A DNA stretch of 64,000 bases, taken from positions 47,182,001 to 47,246,000 of the forward strand of contig JBNRSN020000019.1 in the NCBI GenBank assembly GCA_051313645.2, written 5' to 3'. The translations under genes and the position numbers were made by a program. The notes under the pieces are model-generated. The model made no database searches. It was not told where the DNA came from and saw only the letters and a program-made list of their open reading frames with translations. Origin of the DNA: Centroscyllium fabricii. Lineage: Eukaryota. Shown one piece after another: positions 25,680 through 37,794 of the stretch; position 1 is the first letter of the stretch; each line of letters begins with the position of its first letter.

Positions 25680-27540
25680 GCCTGTAATTTGTCCTTGTGT
25701 TGTCCCTTTGAGTCTTCTACACATGAGTCTTCTACTCATCATTGCACCTCCTGATTCTCTGACTCTGGCTCTGACGTGTCCATTTCCTCCTCTGTGTCAC
25801 TGTCTAGCTGTGTGGTGGACACTCCTGTATTTGGCTCAATAAGTTGTAGGTTCGCCCGGATAGCCACCAGTTTCTCCACTCTCGTTTGTCAGCCTGTTTC
25901 GCACCTTTGTATGCGTATTCCCAAAAAGTGACCAATTTCGTTCAGAGGCAGCTGATGAAGGTGGGATTTGGAGTATCACCGATGCAATAGGTGACAGGGC
26001 CTCAGATGCACAAAGTCCCTTCCACCAGGTATGTGCACTGATATGCTTGCATGATTCCCATATCCCGTCCCCATTCCAAAGACCTTGCTTGGTAGAGAAC
26101 TTTGGCAGACTTCCCAGAACTTTGCCCACATCCAGATTGAGATGGTGAGAGGGTAGAAATCACACTAAGCGCTGCTGATCGGTTCTCCAGAAAGTATTGG
26201 TCTCCCAACATGCTTTGGGTCCAGCATGTATGCTGCAGCATGAATCGGCTTGACACAAAATTCTTGACGCGTCTGTATGAATTGAACAATTGCCTTCTCT
26301 GCTTTGAGCAGCAGGGGTGTGGGTAGGTCAATGCTGATTTGTTCTTTTAAATCAGTAAAAAGCCTGAGAACATCTGACAAGACGGCATCATCTCCTTCAA
26401 TCTGAGCAATTGGAGATGCTACTGGTGAGAGTAGTTAAAGGCTGCTAACCACTCTCTCCCAAAACACATCATCCAGCAGTATTTTCTTGATGGTGGTTTC
26501 CATATCCCCAGACTGGGATATTGCCATTTCTTGCAGCGACTCCTTACCCTCCAGAAGGCTGCTGTACATTATGACAACACCACCCCATCTAGTGTTGTTG
26601 GGCAGCTTCAGTGTGGTGTTCTTGTTCTTTGTCATTTGCTTGGAGTTGTTGGTTGCTGCAACTACCTGTTTTCCCCTGACATACTTAACAACTTGCTTGG
26701 CTCTCTTGTACAGTGCTTTCATGGTTCTCAAACCCATGATGTCCTTAAGGAGCAGGTAAAGCCCATGAGCTGCGCACCAAATAGACGTAATATGAGGGTA
26801 GGCCTCCTCCACCTGAGCCCAAGCAGCCTTCATATTCGCAGCATTGTCAGTAACTACTGCAAAGACCTTTTGTGAGCCAAGATCATTGATGACCGCTTTC
26901 AGCTCATCAGCAATGTATGTGCCTGTGTGTCTGTTGTCCTTCATGTCTGTGCTCTTGAAGAACACTGGGAGAGGAGTGGAGACGATGTAGTTTATGATGC
27001 CCTCCCCTCGTACATTTGACCACCCATCTGATATAACTGCAACACAGTCTGCCATCGCTGTCGTTTCTTTGAGCTTTCCTTGGACTCTGTTGTACTCAGC
27101 CTCCAGCAAATAAGTAGACAAAGCATGTCTGGTGGGAGTACAGTATGCAGGGCGAATAACATTGAAAAATCTCTTCCAGTACACATTGGCTGTGAGCATG
27201 AGGGTTGAGCCTGTTGCATATACAGCTCGAGCAAGGCACTCATCTGCATTCTTCTGGCTATGGTTATCCATTGTATCAAAGAACCTTCCAAGTGGGCCAG
27301 GGGTTGCTGATGATAAGGAGCCTAATGCTGAATGAGAACCATCATCATCTTGAATGGAAGAAGAGGAACTCTGGGCTGACTGCTGTGAGCTTTGAGTGAA
27401 GTTGTTGCATTTGGATAAATGCTGCTGCATCTTTGTGGCATTCTTTACATATGGCTTTGTACACTGTTTGCACATGTACTGTTTCCATCTTTAATGCCTG
27501 GGGTAAAATGCTTCCACACATCCGAGGGTAAACGTGGCAT
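25680..27540 (-). pseudogene. hAT transposase (BED finger, DUF659-like catalytic region, C-terminal dimerization domain) with stop and frameshifts
   Basis: MPRLPSDVWKHF / CKQC..HLSKC, SDGWSN, VTDNAANM, CAAH, TRWGG, PSSAASERNWS. In-frame stop at 26435-26437 and several frameshifts. 3' end approximate. Confidence 0.9.
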
Positions 27541-29853
27541 TGTTCTATGCAGAGAAATAAGGGCATTCATCTCTGTGTCGAACTGCGGTCGATCAGCACG
27601 ATTGCAACAGGGTGAGTACATTTTTGCTGATGCTCCATGTGATGGAAGCATGACCTGTACACACACGACGCTACATGACCAATAGTGTATTATTTTGTAA
27701 ATTTTAAATTGAAGGACAACAGAGTTCAACAAGTAACTGGTTTATTTGGTGTAAAATCTGATTTACTTACTGCATCATCACAACATCAGCAGAAAACAAA
27801 ATGACTTCCCTCAGGACCCCTAACCTGGATCTTAAAAAAAACTATAGCAGTCTTACAGATGCCTGCAGGCCAATCACAATTCGATATGCTAATATTACAA
27901 ATAGAGGGAGCTAATCGCTCATTCCACTCATCCAACCACTCATCCAACCAATCAGGACACATTTGTTCACAGTCACACACAAAACGGGTAATTATTAAAA
28001 CGAGCCAAGTAAGAAGATAAACATATATTGATTAAGAAATTCTTTAATAATTAAGATTCCATCTCTGTTCGTCATTTTAAGAGAGGACCTGTGGAGGAAA
28101 AAAAGAAAAATACAAAAAAAACATTATGCTAGCATGTGCTTTTTTGGGCAAAATTCCCAAGCTAAACTTCCCGTGGAAAAATTCCGGAAATTTACCGGAA
28201 ACTTTCCACCCCTTTGCAACCCTAATGAATGGTAAGATCCTAGGAAAGAGAGAGGATCAGAGGGACCTTGGTGTGCATGTACATAGATCCCTGAAGGCAG
28301 CAGGACAGGTGGATAAGGTGGTTAAAAAGGCATATGGGATACTTGCCTTCATTAGCCGAGGCATAGAATATAAGAGCAGGGAGGTTATGATGGAGCTGTA
28401 CAAAACGCTAGTTAGGCCACAGCTGGAGTACTGTGTGCAGTTCTGGTTGCTGCTCTATAGGAAGGATGTGATTACTTTGGAGAGGGTGCAGAGGAGATTC
28501 ACCAGGATGTTACCTGGGCTGGAGCACTTCAGCTATGAAGAAAGACTGGACAGGCTGGGGTTGTTTTCCTTGGAGCAGAGAAGGCCGATGACCTGATTGA
28601 GGTGTACAAAATTATGAGGGGCACAGATAGGGTAGATAGAAAGGAACTTTTTCCCTCAGCAGAGGGGTCAATAACCAGGGGGCATAGATTCAAGGTAAGG
28701 GGCAGGAGGTTTAGAGGGAATTTCCCGGATTTTTTTCCCAAATTGGACCTGGGTTTTTATCTGGTTTTTCGCCTCTCCCAGGAGATCACATGGTTCTTTG
28801 GGTGGGAGAAGGGTGATAGTGGTATGAAGGTTAGGGTAGGATCAGCAATGATCTTGATGGGTGAGGGGGCGGGCTTGGGGGGCCGATTGGCCTACTCCTG
28901 CTCCTATTTCTTGTGTTCTTGTGTTCTTATGTTCAGCCATGAACGTATTGAATGGCGGTGCAGGCTCGACGGACCGAATGGTCTACTCCTGCACCTATTT
29001 TCTATGTTTCTAAGAACTTTTTCACCCAGAGGGTTGTTGGAATCTGGAACTCACTGCCTGAAAGGGTGGCAGAGGCAGGAACCCTCAACATTCAAGAAGC
29101 ATTTAGATGAGCACTTGAAATGCCATAGCATACAAGGCTACAGACCACGTCTGGAAAATGGGATTAGAATAGACTGGGCTTAATGGATGGCATGGACCAC
29201 ATGGGCCGAAGGGCCTCTTTCTGTACTGTATAACTCTATGACTCTAGTTTTTTGAGATTGTAACTAGCAGGGGATAAGGGGGGGAACTAGTGGATGTAGT
29301 GTACTTGGATTTTCAAAAAGCATTCGATGAGGTGCCACACAAGAGGTTATTGCACAAATTTGGGGTTAATGTATTCGCATGGATTGAGGATTGGTTAACA
29401 GACAGAAAACAGTAGGAATAAATGGGTCATTTTCTCGTTGGCAAGGATCCGTGCTTGGGCCTGAGCTATTTACAATCTATATCAATGACTTCACTGAGGT
29501 GACCGAGTGTAATGTATGCTGATCGTAAAAAAAGCTAGGTGGGAAAGTAAGTAGTAAGGAGCATGCAAAGAGGCTGCAAAGGGATACAGACAGGTTAAGT
29601 GAGTGGGCAAGAACATGGCAGATGGAGAAATGCGAAGTTATCCACATTGGTAGGAAAAATAGAAAAGCAGAATATTTTTTAAATGGTGAAAGATTGGAAA
29701 ATGTTGCTATTTGCTAAACAAAGAGATCTGGGTGCCCTTGTCACTGAAAGTTCACATGCAGGTTCAGTAAGTAATTAGAAAAACAAATGGTATGTTGGCC
29801 TTTATTACAAAAGGATTGGAGTATAAGAGTGAAGAAGTCTTACTGCAATTATA

Positions 29854-30052
29854 TCTCATGTGGAGGTGCCGGTGTTGGACTGGGGTGGACAATTGTAAGA
29901 AGTCACACAACACCAGGTTATAGTCCAACAGTTTTATTTGAAATCACAAGCTTTCGGAGCGCAGCACCTGATGAAGGAGCTGTGCTCCGGAAGCTTGTGA
30001 TTTCAAATAAAACTGTTGGACTATAACCTGGTGTTGTGTGACTTCTTACAAT
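29854..30052. mobile_element. Penelope-like element terminal fragment forming a long palindrome
   Basis: ~75-bp inverted arms (29890-30054) flanked by direct repeat TGCAATTATA (29844-29853, 30053-30062). Contains a CTGATGA...G(G)AAGCTT hammerhead-type core. Confidence 0.75.
29965..29999 (+). ncRNA. Minimal hammerhead ribozyme-like motif (core variant)
   Basis: CAC-CTGATGA-AGGAGC-TGT-GCTCC-GGAA-GCTT-GTG. The opposite arm retains CTCC-GAAA-GCTT. Confidence 0.55.
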
Positions 30053-30090
30053 TGCAATTATACAGGGAGTTGGTGAGACCATACCAGGAG

Positions 30091-30222
30091 CAATATTCCC
30101 TTTAATTTTTTTGGGTGCTTGGCTCATTCAAATTCCTGCGCATGCGCATTTGTTTTTCTATTTAAAAGCCGGTGCGCCGGCAGTGAGGGAGCTCGAGGCC
30201 ATGCAGCTTAAAGGGAACATTG
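30091..30222. mobile_element. Short hAT-type MITE
   Basis: TIRs CAATATTCCCTTTAA / TTAAAGGGAACATTG with 8-bp TSD ACCAGGAG. Confidence 0.85.
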
Positions 30223-31242
30223 ACCAGGAGTACTGTATTCCTCACCTAAGGAAGGATATACTTACCTTACAGGGAGTGCGAGTGCAATGAAGGTTCACCA
30301 GACTGATTCCTCGGATTGGGGGAGGTGGGATGATTGTCTTTTGAGAGAGTTTCAGGAGACTAAGCCAAAATTCCTTGGAATTTAAAAGAATAAGAGGTGA
30401 TCTCCGTGAAACATATCAAATTCTTACAGGGCTCGACAGGGTAGATGCTGGGAGGATGTTTCCCCTGGCTGGGGTGTCTAGAACCAGGGGTCACAGTCTC
30501 AGAATAAGGGGTTGGCCATTCAGGATTGAGATGAGGAGAAATGTCTTCAAAGAGTTGTGCATCTTTGGAATTCTCTACCCCTGAGGGCTGTGGATGTTCA
30601 GTCGTTGAATATATTCAACACAGTGATCGATGGATTTTTGGATACTAAGGGAATCGAGAGATATGGGGATAGCACGGGAAGGTGGAGTTGAGGTAGAAGA
30701 TCAGCCATCATATTGACTGGGGAAACAGGCTCAACTGGCTCAATGGCCTGGTCTTGCTCCTATTTCTTCAAGTTCATATAACCCCACGTGCTGTGCGCCA
30801 CACAAATTTTCCCACCTCAACCCCTGCTGTAGCAACTACTACAATTTTCACTCACTGGAACTCCAAAACTCTTAACTTGTGCAAAGCACTGCAACACAAA
30901 TCCCAAGATGCATTAATTCAACTTTTCTCTCTGCGTTATCCCTTGCTAGTCTACATCGTCTCCTCATCCCTCAGTGCATTACATTTGAAGTGTTCGCCCT
31001 TGACTTTAAATCCCTCCCATGATCTCACCCTATTTAATCCCTGCAATCTCATCCAGACCTCTCTCTCCTGCCGCCCACCCCCCTCTTTCCCACCCCCAAC
31101 AATTGTGGGGCCATCTGATTCTGTCCTTTTGTGCATCATCTTCACCCCCCGCCCCAAGTAATCCCACCATTGGCAACAGATCCTTCAGCCACTTTTGTTC
31201 TATTTTTTGGAATTCCTTTCATAAACCTCTTCACCCCCCTTA

Positions 31243-31552
31243 TCATAGAATCCCTACAGTGCAGATAGAGACCATTTCGGCCCATCGAGCCTGCACCAAC
31301 ACACATCCCACCCTATCCCCGTAACCCCACATATTTAATCCCCCTAACACTAAGGGTCAATTTATCCTGGCCAATCAACCTAACCCGCACATCTTTGGAC
31401 TGTGGTAGGAAACCGGAGCACCCGGAGGAAACCCACGCAGACACTGGGAGACTGTGCAAACTCCACACAGATAGTCACCCGAGGCCGGATTTGAACCCGG
31501 GCCCCTGGCGCTGTGAGGCAACAGTGCTAACCACTATGCCACCGTGCTGCCC
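31243..31552 (-). mobile_element. tRNA-derived V-SINE (HE1-like), full length
   Basis: Nearly the same head and V-domain as the 5590-5850 copy. Own tail ..GGGCCGAAATGGTCTCTATCTGCACTGTAGGGATTCTATGA. Confidence 0.88.
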
Positions 31553-31822
31553 ATCTTTAAAAATAAAAATAAATGTTCAACCAAGTCTTATGTCGCCCAT
31601 TTCCTAACTTTTTCTTGCCTAATCTGTGAAGCGCAAATGACTAAGTTGCATGGTCTGTCTCAGCCAGGCTAACAAAGAATATATTGGACTCATAAGCTTG
31701 AATGACATGAGACTGCATTCAATCAGACAGTGGAAATGTGGAGTAATTTAGAAAGGAAAATAGTGTATATATTTGTTAGTTAGATTCTTCAAGTTACCTC
31801 TTATTTTTATATTTTCTCCCAG

Positions 31823-31861
31823 GGCCACACACTACTTGTGGCCAAGAGGGCAGATGGGCCG
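31823..31861 (+). CDS. Candidate 39-nt WNK1 cassette exon (GHTLLVAKRADGP), phase 0-0
   Basis: Strong acceptor ttatttttatattttctcccag| and donor CCG|gtaggt. In frame with the flanking phase-0 exons. Confidence 0.5.
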
Positions 31862-32268
31862 GTAGGTAAGAAGCTTGCCCAACACTTTTTTGCTGCTGTT
31901 GACCCATCTGCTCAGAACTACATGACTATTCTAGGGCAGTACCTCCTCTGCCCTCTTGGTTTTCCCCCAGCTCCTAGAGGTGGGCAAGACAGTTGGTTTG
32001 AGCTTCAATCAGTACACTTAGCAGTATTGACCACATGTTGTTTGTGTAGTGATACTAGAAATGTACTTCGAGCTCCTTTATTTGTGTGCTCTGCATTATA
32101 TTCATCATACCTCTGGGATCTGCAGCCCTCTGGGATCTGCAGCTGCAATAAAACTTCAGTTGAAATATTAATAGTATTAGAAATGAGCTTCTGTTTTGGG
32201 GTACAGGCTATGGATGGAAGTGTGAATCCATGGATAGCTAACTTAGAAAAACTTGTGTTGTCCTTCAG

Positions 32269-32364
32269 TCACAACAACCATTGGACACTTTGGATGCCCA
32301 ATTGCGACGTGCCCTGAGTCCAGAGACTGTGACGAATGTACCAGTTGCTATCACTTCAGTGCAG
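32269..32364 (+). CDS. WNK1: WNK1 coding exon (SQQPLDTLDAQLRRALSPE..), phase 0-0
   Basis: tccttcag| acceptor and CAG|gtgagt donor. Matches human SQQPLEDLDAQLRRTLSPE. Confidence 0.94.
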
Positions 32365-33429
32365 GTGAGTGTTGAAGTATTATACAACCAACTTTTCAAG
32401 TTCTAGTCGTGTGGTTTGTATTCCTGATGTTGTTAAAGGGAGTTCAGCCAAGTTGAAGGTAAATTTGGGGCACAGCAGTGACAGAATCCGGGAAGTATGT
32501 AATTTTTAAGCTAATTGAGCAGTATCAAATTGGCTTCACCTGCTGTTCAATTTCCAAAGCTACAAGTCTCTTGGAAAATTTGTTGCAATACAGAAATGTC
32601 CTCATTAGCTTCCACTCAACTTACTACACATTGAAGAAATAATTTAATGCGGGGTTTTGTTCATCATTGGTGTAGCTTGGGTAGACTCATACTAGTCTCT
32701 ACTGTTTAATGAACTGGTTGGCAAAGTACTGATGCCATGAAAGTCTAAAGCTGTGTAGTGAGAAATTCCATATTTCTATGGTGTTTTGTCCTAGGATTAG
32801 TCTACAGTGGAGTCTAATTAACTCTGGAATAAACCTAGGCACACAATGTGATTGCAACTTTGGAACAGGTGCTTAAAGTTTCATGGACTAAGCACGACAT
32901 TTGTCATGGTTTGTTGCTTGATTGCTTCACTTCAGACCACCTTGGTGGTGTCCAACGTCGTGTGGATACCATGTGGTACTATTCCTGTGTCTAGTATTAT
33001 GTAGGGTGTTATGTATCTATTTACTGGAATCGGAACTTGGCTCTTTTATATTCCGCAGAGTTATTGTTTTGGATTTAGTAATTGCCTTGACTTCAACCTT
33101 GAACAAGTGAAGTTACAGTTAAGCTCTGACGTCTCTTTTTAGTGTGTGAAAAAAAAAATTTGGTAAAGCCAATAGACATGATTTTGATGCTACTTCAGTG
33201 CTGCTACAGCGATCAACAATTTATTTATGGAATACTGGGTTGAATGATGTAGGATTAAATGTTAAATTGATATCTTGGAGGTTTGCTACATTATCTTGGC
33301 ACCAAGAGTTTTATTTTTATGTAATTTTTTTTGCCTTTAGGTCACTCCCATTTGGGGGTTTATTAAATTGGATAATAGTCCATGACAGGGAAAATGATAT
33401 ACGTTCTGTGAAAGGAACAAGCTGGCTTG

Positions 33430-34400
33430 ACAGAATGACCCTTTCTCACACTCTGTCTCATAATCTCGACCTCCTGCTTGCTAAGGTTGTTAACGTCTCC
33501 CTAAATTTGAGCACTGCTTCCATCTCTTTTAAAACCATTCAATATCCATTTCTTGAAAGATGCACTCCTGCCTCCATCATCTCAACTGCCCTATCTGTAA
33601 CCTTCCCTTTCTCAAGTTCTTGAATGTGCCATTGGTACTCAACTATAGGCTCAGCTCTTTCATCACTCCCTGTTCGATTCCTTCCTATCCAGTTATCTAT
33701 AACACCAAGACTCCTTTGATGAACGTCAACAATAATATCCTGTCTGACTGTGACCACAGCTTGTTCTTCCTCAACTTTTCTGTTGCCTTCAGCACTGCTG
33801 ATCATTCCATTCTCCACTGCCACCACCTCGATTGTCCACCTCGCTGTCTCTTTGTCACACTACTGTCGGTTCTGGCATAATTACTACTTTTCCTCCAATG
33901 GTTTCTCTTTCTGTTCCCACGTGCGTGTTCCACTCAGCTCTACTTCTCCACTATACAATCCAACACCCTGAACATCTAGTCCTAGATGAATGAAAATGTC
34001 CCAAATTTCAACATAGGCAAATCTGAAAGTATCTTGTTTGACCCTTGCCAGCGTTTATGTGCCTCTGGCTCCAATCTCATCAACTTTTCTGCCTTGTCTA
34101 TTAGAGCTGAACCTGATGGCATTCAGCTTCAATGTTCTGCTCAATCCAAAATTTTAAACCCTACAACCGGTCCGACGGCAAGATAGCTACCTTCAGAGCA
34201 TCGCCCACTTGTGTCCCTATCTCATGCCACTACTACTGAGGCCCCTTTTCTCATCTTTATTACCTCAAATATTGTTTTCTCAAACACACCTCTACCTTTC
34301 ACCAATCCAGAATTCTATGCCCAAGTGTGCACATTCATAACTGTCGTCTGCACCAAGCTCCACTGGCTCCATGAAGCAAAACTAAAGCTTACTTGAACAA
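33430..34400 (+). mobile_element. Old L2-type LINE RT remnant
   Basis: Remnant NNILSDCD..LFFLNFSVAFSTADHSILH and NFNIGKSESILF. Boundaries approximate. Confidence 0.5.
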
Positions 34401-34662
34401 CACAAATAAGGTATGGTACAAATGGCATGCAAACTTTAGCCAAAGAGGAAGCCTGGTAATGTGCACACTCATGACTCCAATGTGTGTGGCCCTGTATGCT
34501 GTGTCCATTTGTTATAACTCTCTCCAAGCAGTACAAAATTAAGTCTTCTGCAAATTACTACAGCTGATATGGATATGTCTGCAGAATAGGTGAATTAGTA
34601 CAAATCAAACATGCTAATTTTAGGCTGTTAAGTCATCTTTAAACTTTTTTTTACCATCACAG

Positions 34663-34735
34663 GGTGTGGTTCCAGTGAATGGATCGATGGTGCCTCTTGG
34701 ACAGAGCTTTACAACAACAGGCCTGCCTGGTGAAG
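34663..34735 (+). CDS. WNK1: WNK1 coding exon (GVVPVNGSMVPLGQSFTTTGLPGE-G), phase 0-1
   Basis: ttttttttaccatcacag| acceptor and G|gtaaag donor. Provides the phase change required before exon 36203. Confidence 0.8.
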
Positions 34736-35060
34736 GTAAAGAATTTACTGAATTGAGCTACATTCCACAGCACTCGTTGCAGGGAAAATGAGTCTTGTGT
34801 AATGTTATAATGGATTACTGCCACTCATCAAAATATTTATCGTTCAGCTGAATATAATCAAAGGATTTTTGAGTAGTGCAAGTGATCGAGTTTACCAGTT
34901 ACTGAGTGTGAAATGTGTGCAATGGATGAGTAGAGTAGATAACAAGTTAGTGGTCTTTTGTACCAAGTGAAAAGAGGTTAGGTCATTTTTTTTCATGAAA
35001 CTTAGATTCAGACATGAATTCTGGCAAAAGAAATGTAGATTAACTGGCTTAATAGTTATA

Positions 35061-35663
35061 CAGGTTGAGCACCGTTAATTCGGCACGGGCGGGATTAGGC
35101 CTGCGCCGGTATACCGAAAAATCGGGAGAATGAAGTCGGCCAGTGCGCGCACCATTCAAAATGGCACATGCGCGCAATATTGGAAATGGCCCCCGGAAGT
35201 TTTAATCACCTGCAGTGTAGCTGCAACCACCCAGAACCCGCCGTGCAAAGATCCCTCGGCTCGGCTCAACAGGCAGACAGGATGGGACTCTTTCTCTTTC
35301 CCCCCCCCCACCCCACCCCACCCCACCCCGGCGCACAACCATAAATTAAGGCCCAGGCTGCAGGCCCAGCACAGCACTAACAAGTTAGTAGAGCGCGGTC
35401 CCGGTCCCGTGCAGCGCTGAGAGGGAGAGGCCAGAGCGAGCGACAGATCCTTACCGTTCGGCGCACGAATGAGGCAAAGGTCGGTCCCGTCTCTGGCGGC
35501 CGTTTTGAATGATCTGCGCATGCATTCGGTGGCGCACGCGCAGATCATTCGCCGAAGCATCGACCGCGGCAGCCATTTTGTGCATGCGCAGGACAGTCAG
35601 GGCAATTTATGCCGGACTGAAGTTGCCGGCTTTTTGGTTACCGGATTAGCGGTGCTCAACCTG
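35061..35663. mobile_element. Tigger/pogo-like MITE, CAGGTTGAGCACC family, copy 2
   Basis: TIRs CAGGTTGAGCACCGTTAATTCGG / CCGGATTAGCGGTGCTCAACCTG with TA TSD. Confidence 0.88.
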
Positions 35664-36202
35664 TATTTAAATATTGATGCACTACTGCAACTGGTCCAAG
35701 CTCTATCCTGGTCAACTAGGGCTGATGAAGGCAATTGTTAATGTATCCATCATTGTAACTTGAACAACTTGGGAAAAGTTATTGAGTACTGGGTGGCATC
35801 GCGGACTTCAGAAAGTGCATTAAACTCCGAGAAAGTGTCATTCCTCATTGTACTTGGAGTTAATTTTTCAAAAAAAGACTTGAAATTTGAAGCAAACTGC
35901 CTCCAATTATTTCTCCTGATTATCACTATGTCTAGTCTTGACTGTCAGAACTGCCTATGTTATGCTGACAGTTCGAAAATGTAAACATTTTAATTGATAA
36001 TAGCTGTCAGACACAGACATTCACAAGGTGTCTTTCCTCATTTAATTTGTTTGTTCAAATAAACAAACCAGTCCAATTTTGAAAGCTCAAAGTAAGCAAT
36101 CATAATTTGAATATACTCAACCACATGATCTGAATTTACTTTTGAAATGATCTAATTTACAAATGTATTTTTCATTTGTTTTCTCCCCTTTTCCCACTCC
36201 AG

Positions 36203-36360
36203 GTCATGTCTCACAGCTACGTGACAGTCTGACTGCCTCAGAAGACAGATCTGGCTATCCTGTGGTAGTGTCACGGTCTCACGAGGAAGGTGTTATAGCG
36301 TCAAACACAGCTACAATTGCTAGTATTGGAAGTGGAGTTGTTAAAATGGGACGTTTTCAG
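36203..36360 (+). CDS. WNK1: WNK1 coding exon ending ..GSGVVKMGRFQ, phase 1-0
   Basis: cccactccag| acceptor and CAG|gtaaga donor. KMGRFQ(V) as in human WNK1. Confidence 0.92.
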
Positions 36361-37566
36361 GTAAGAATTCAGTGTTGCAAACCAGAGGAGATGAAAGCAT
36401 TCTGGTTTTTTTTTGTTTTTTTTTACCATATATTGCTTTTATTTGGTTATAATCTACTATCAGTTTGGCTATAAATCTCTGGCTTACTGCTTCAAGATTG
36501 CTGTATTTTTTTCCACCAACCCTCTCCCAACTCACTGATTTGGACTTCTTCCTCAGATAATGTTGAAAAGCATTATTAAGAACCCTACAAATATATGCCA
36601 AATATTTAAACACCCCCTTTGTTTTTATTTCTTCTCTTTCATTTCCATTGAGGGAGTAAATGACACCAGTGTTTTCTTTAAATAGTTGGGAAAGCAAAAC
36701 AAAGAGGAATGTGACTGATAGTGTTAAACTCAATAACCCCTCCAGCAGCCAATCATACATATATACATATATTTTAAATTTGCATGCACTTCCCATCAAT
36801 GGTTTTCCATTGTAAATGACTGTTCATATTTATAATGTAAACTTTTCATTTAATTACACCCACCCGCAGTGGAGATGCTGTATTGTCACACTGCTGGGAG
36901 GGTGTAATTACAACGTGGCCAGTTTACACAGGCATTTTCATTACAATGGCTGTAGGAATTTATAATACAAGTATAAAAATCAGGAATGTATGACTTAATT
37001 ACATTACACACACTGATCCAATTATGCCCTGCCCTCTAACCTCTTTACCTGATGACGACAGTTGGTCTTGACTCCCCATGCAACACCACGGACGATCAAC
37101 TGGAAATATGTAGATTTTTAGACTGGTTTTACATTTAATTCTTTGTCCATTTAAGAGATTTTATACGAATGAAAGAGAAAATGTCATGTGGGTGTAACTG
37201 TAGGGCATGGCATTCCTTGGTGTAGGATGGTCAAAATGTTGTTTGGCTTCGGAGTGCATTTTGTTCTATTATTGATCAGATTGAGTACATCCTTCAGTTT
37301 CAAATTTTCTCAAATGTTTGTTATTTTCATATAATGGAGAATTTAATCAAAACTACCTCAAGTTAGTTAAATTTGTTAAAAAATAACTCCTACTTCTGTC
37401 TTGCTGGCCTCATGTTATATCCGTCAGATCTTCCTACATAAGCATACTTTTCAGCATCTGCTATCCTACAATTAACAGTTCTGTGTTTAGGAATAATTTT
37501 AAATCCCCGCCCAACGGCAGAGTATGCATTTGACAGCTTGTGTCTTACAGTTCTTTCACTCATGAG

Positions 37567-37730
37567 CAATGTCCCCTCTAATTTTTTGGGGCCCACGCAG
37601 CCCCTTTTACTGGCTGCACGAGCCATTCAAATTTCCGCGCATTTGTGTTTTTTTCTATTTAAAAGCAGGCTCACTGGCTGCCCGGGACCTGCAGAGCGGT
37701 GCGCGGTTGTGTCGCTTAGCGGTAACATTG
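37567..37730. mobile_element. Short hAT-type MITE
   Basis: TIRs CAATGTCCCCTCTAA / TTAGCGGTAACATTG with 8-bp TSD CTCATGAG. Confidence 0.85.
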
Positions 37731-37794
37731 CTCATGAGCCAAACCTTAATGAGTTTTTGTTTGGCGGACCACTAAGTAACTTCTTTCCTTGTAG

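Larger units (their letters stand above)
24853..28224 (-). mobile_element. Autonomous-type hAT DNA transposon (decayed)
   Basis: TIRs TAGAGTTGCAAA / TTTGCAACCCTA. Perfect 8-bp TSD ATGAATGG (24845-24852, 28225-28232). Subterminal GGAAA/TTTCC repeats. Confidence 0.95.
24711..29246 (+). mobile_element. CR1 LINE 3' fragment (B) inserted in host A and split by a hAT transposon
   Basis: WAEQWQMEFNPEKCEVMHFG..YTMNG continues after the hAT as MNGKILG..QRDLGVHVH. Tail taactctatgactcta at ~29231-29246. Confidence 0.85.
24080..30770 (+). mobile_element. Decayed CR1 LINE (host A), interrupted at ~24712-29246, 29854-30052 and 30091-30222
   Basis: RT reading CLTNLL breaks at ~24712 and resumes as (E)FFE..V..VDVVYLDFQKAFD at ~29247. 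3' tail at ~30700-30770. Confidence 0.8.
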
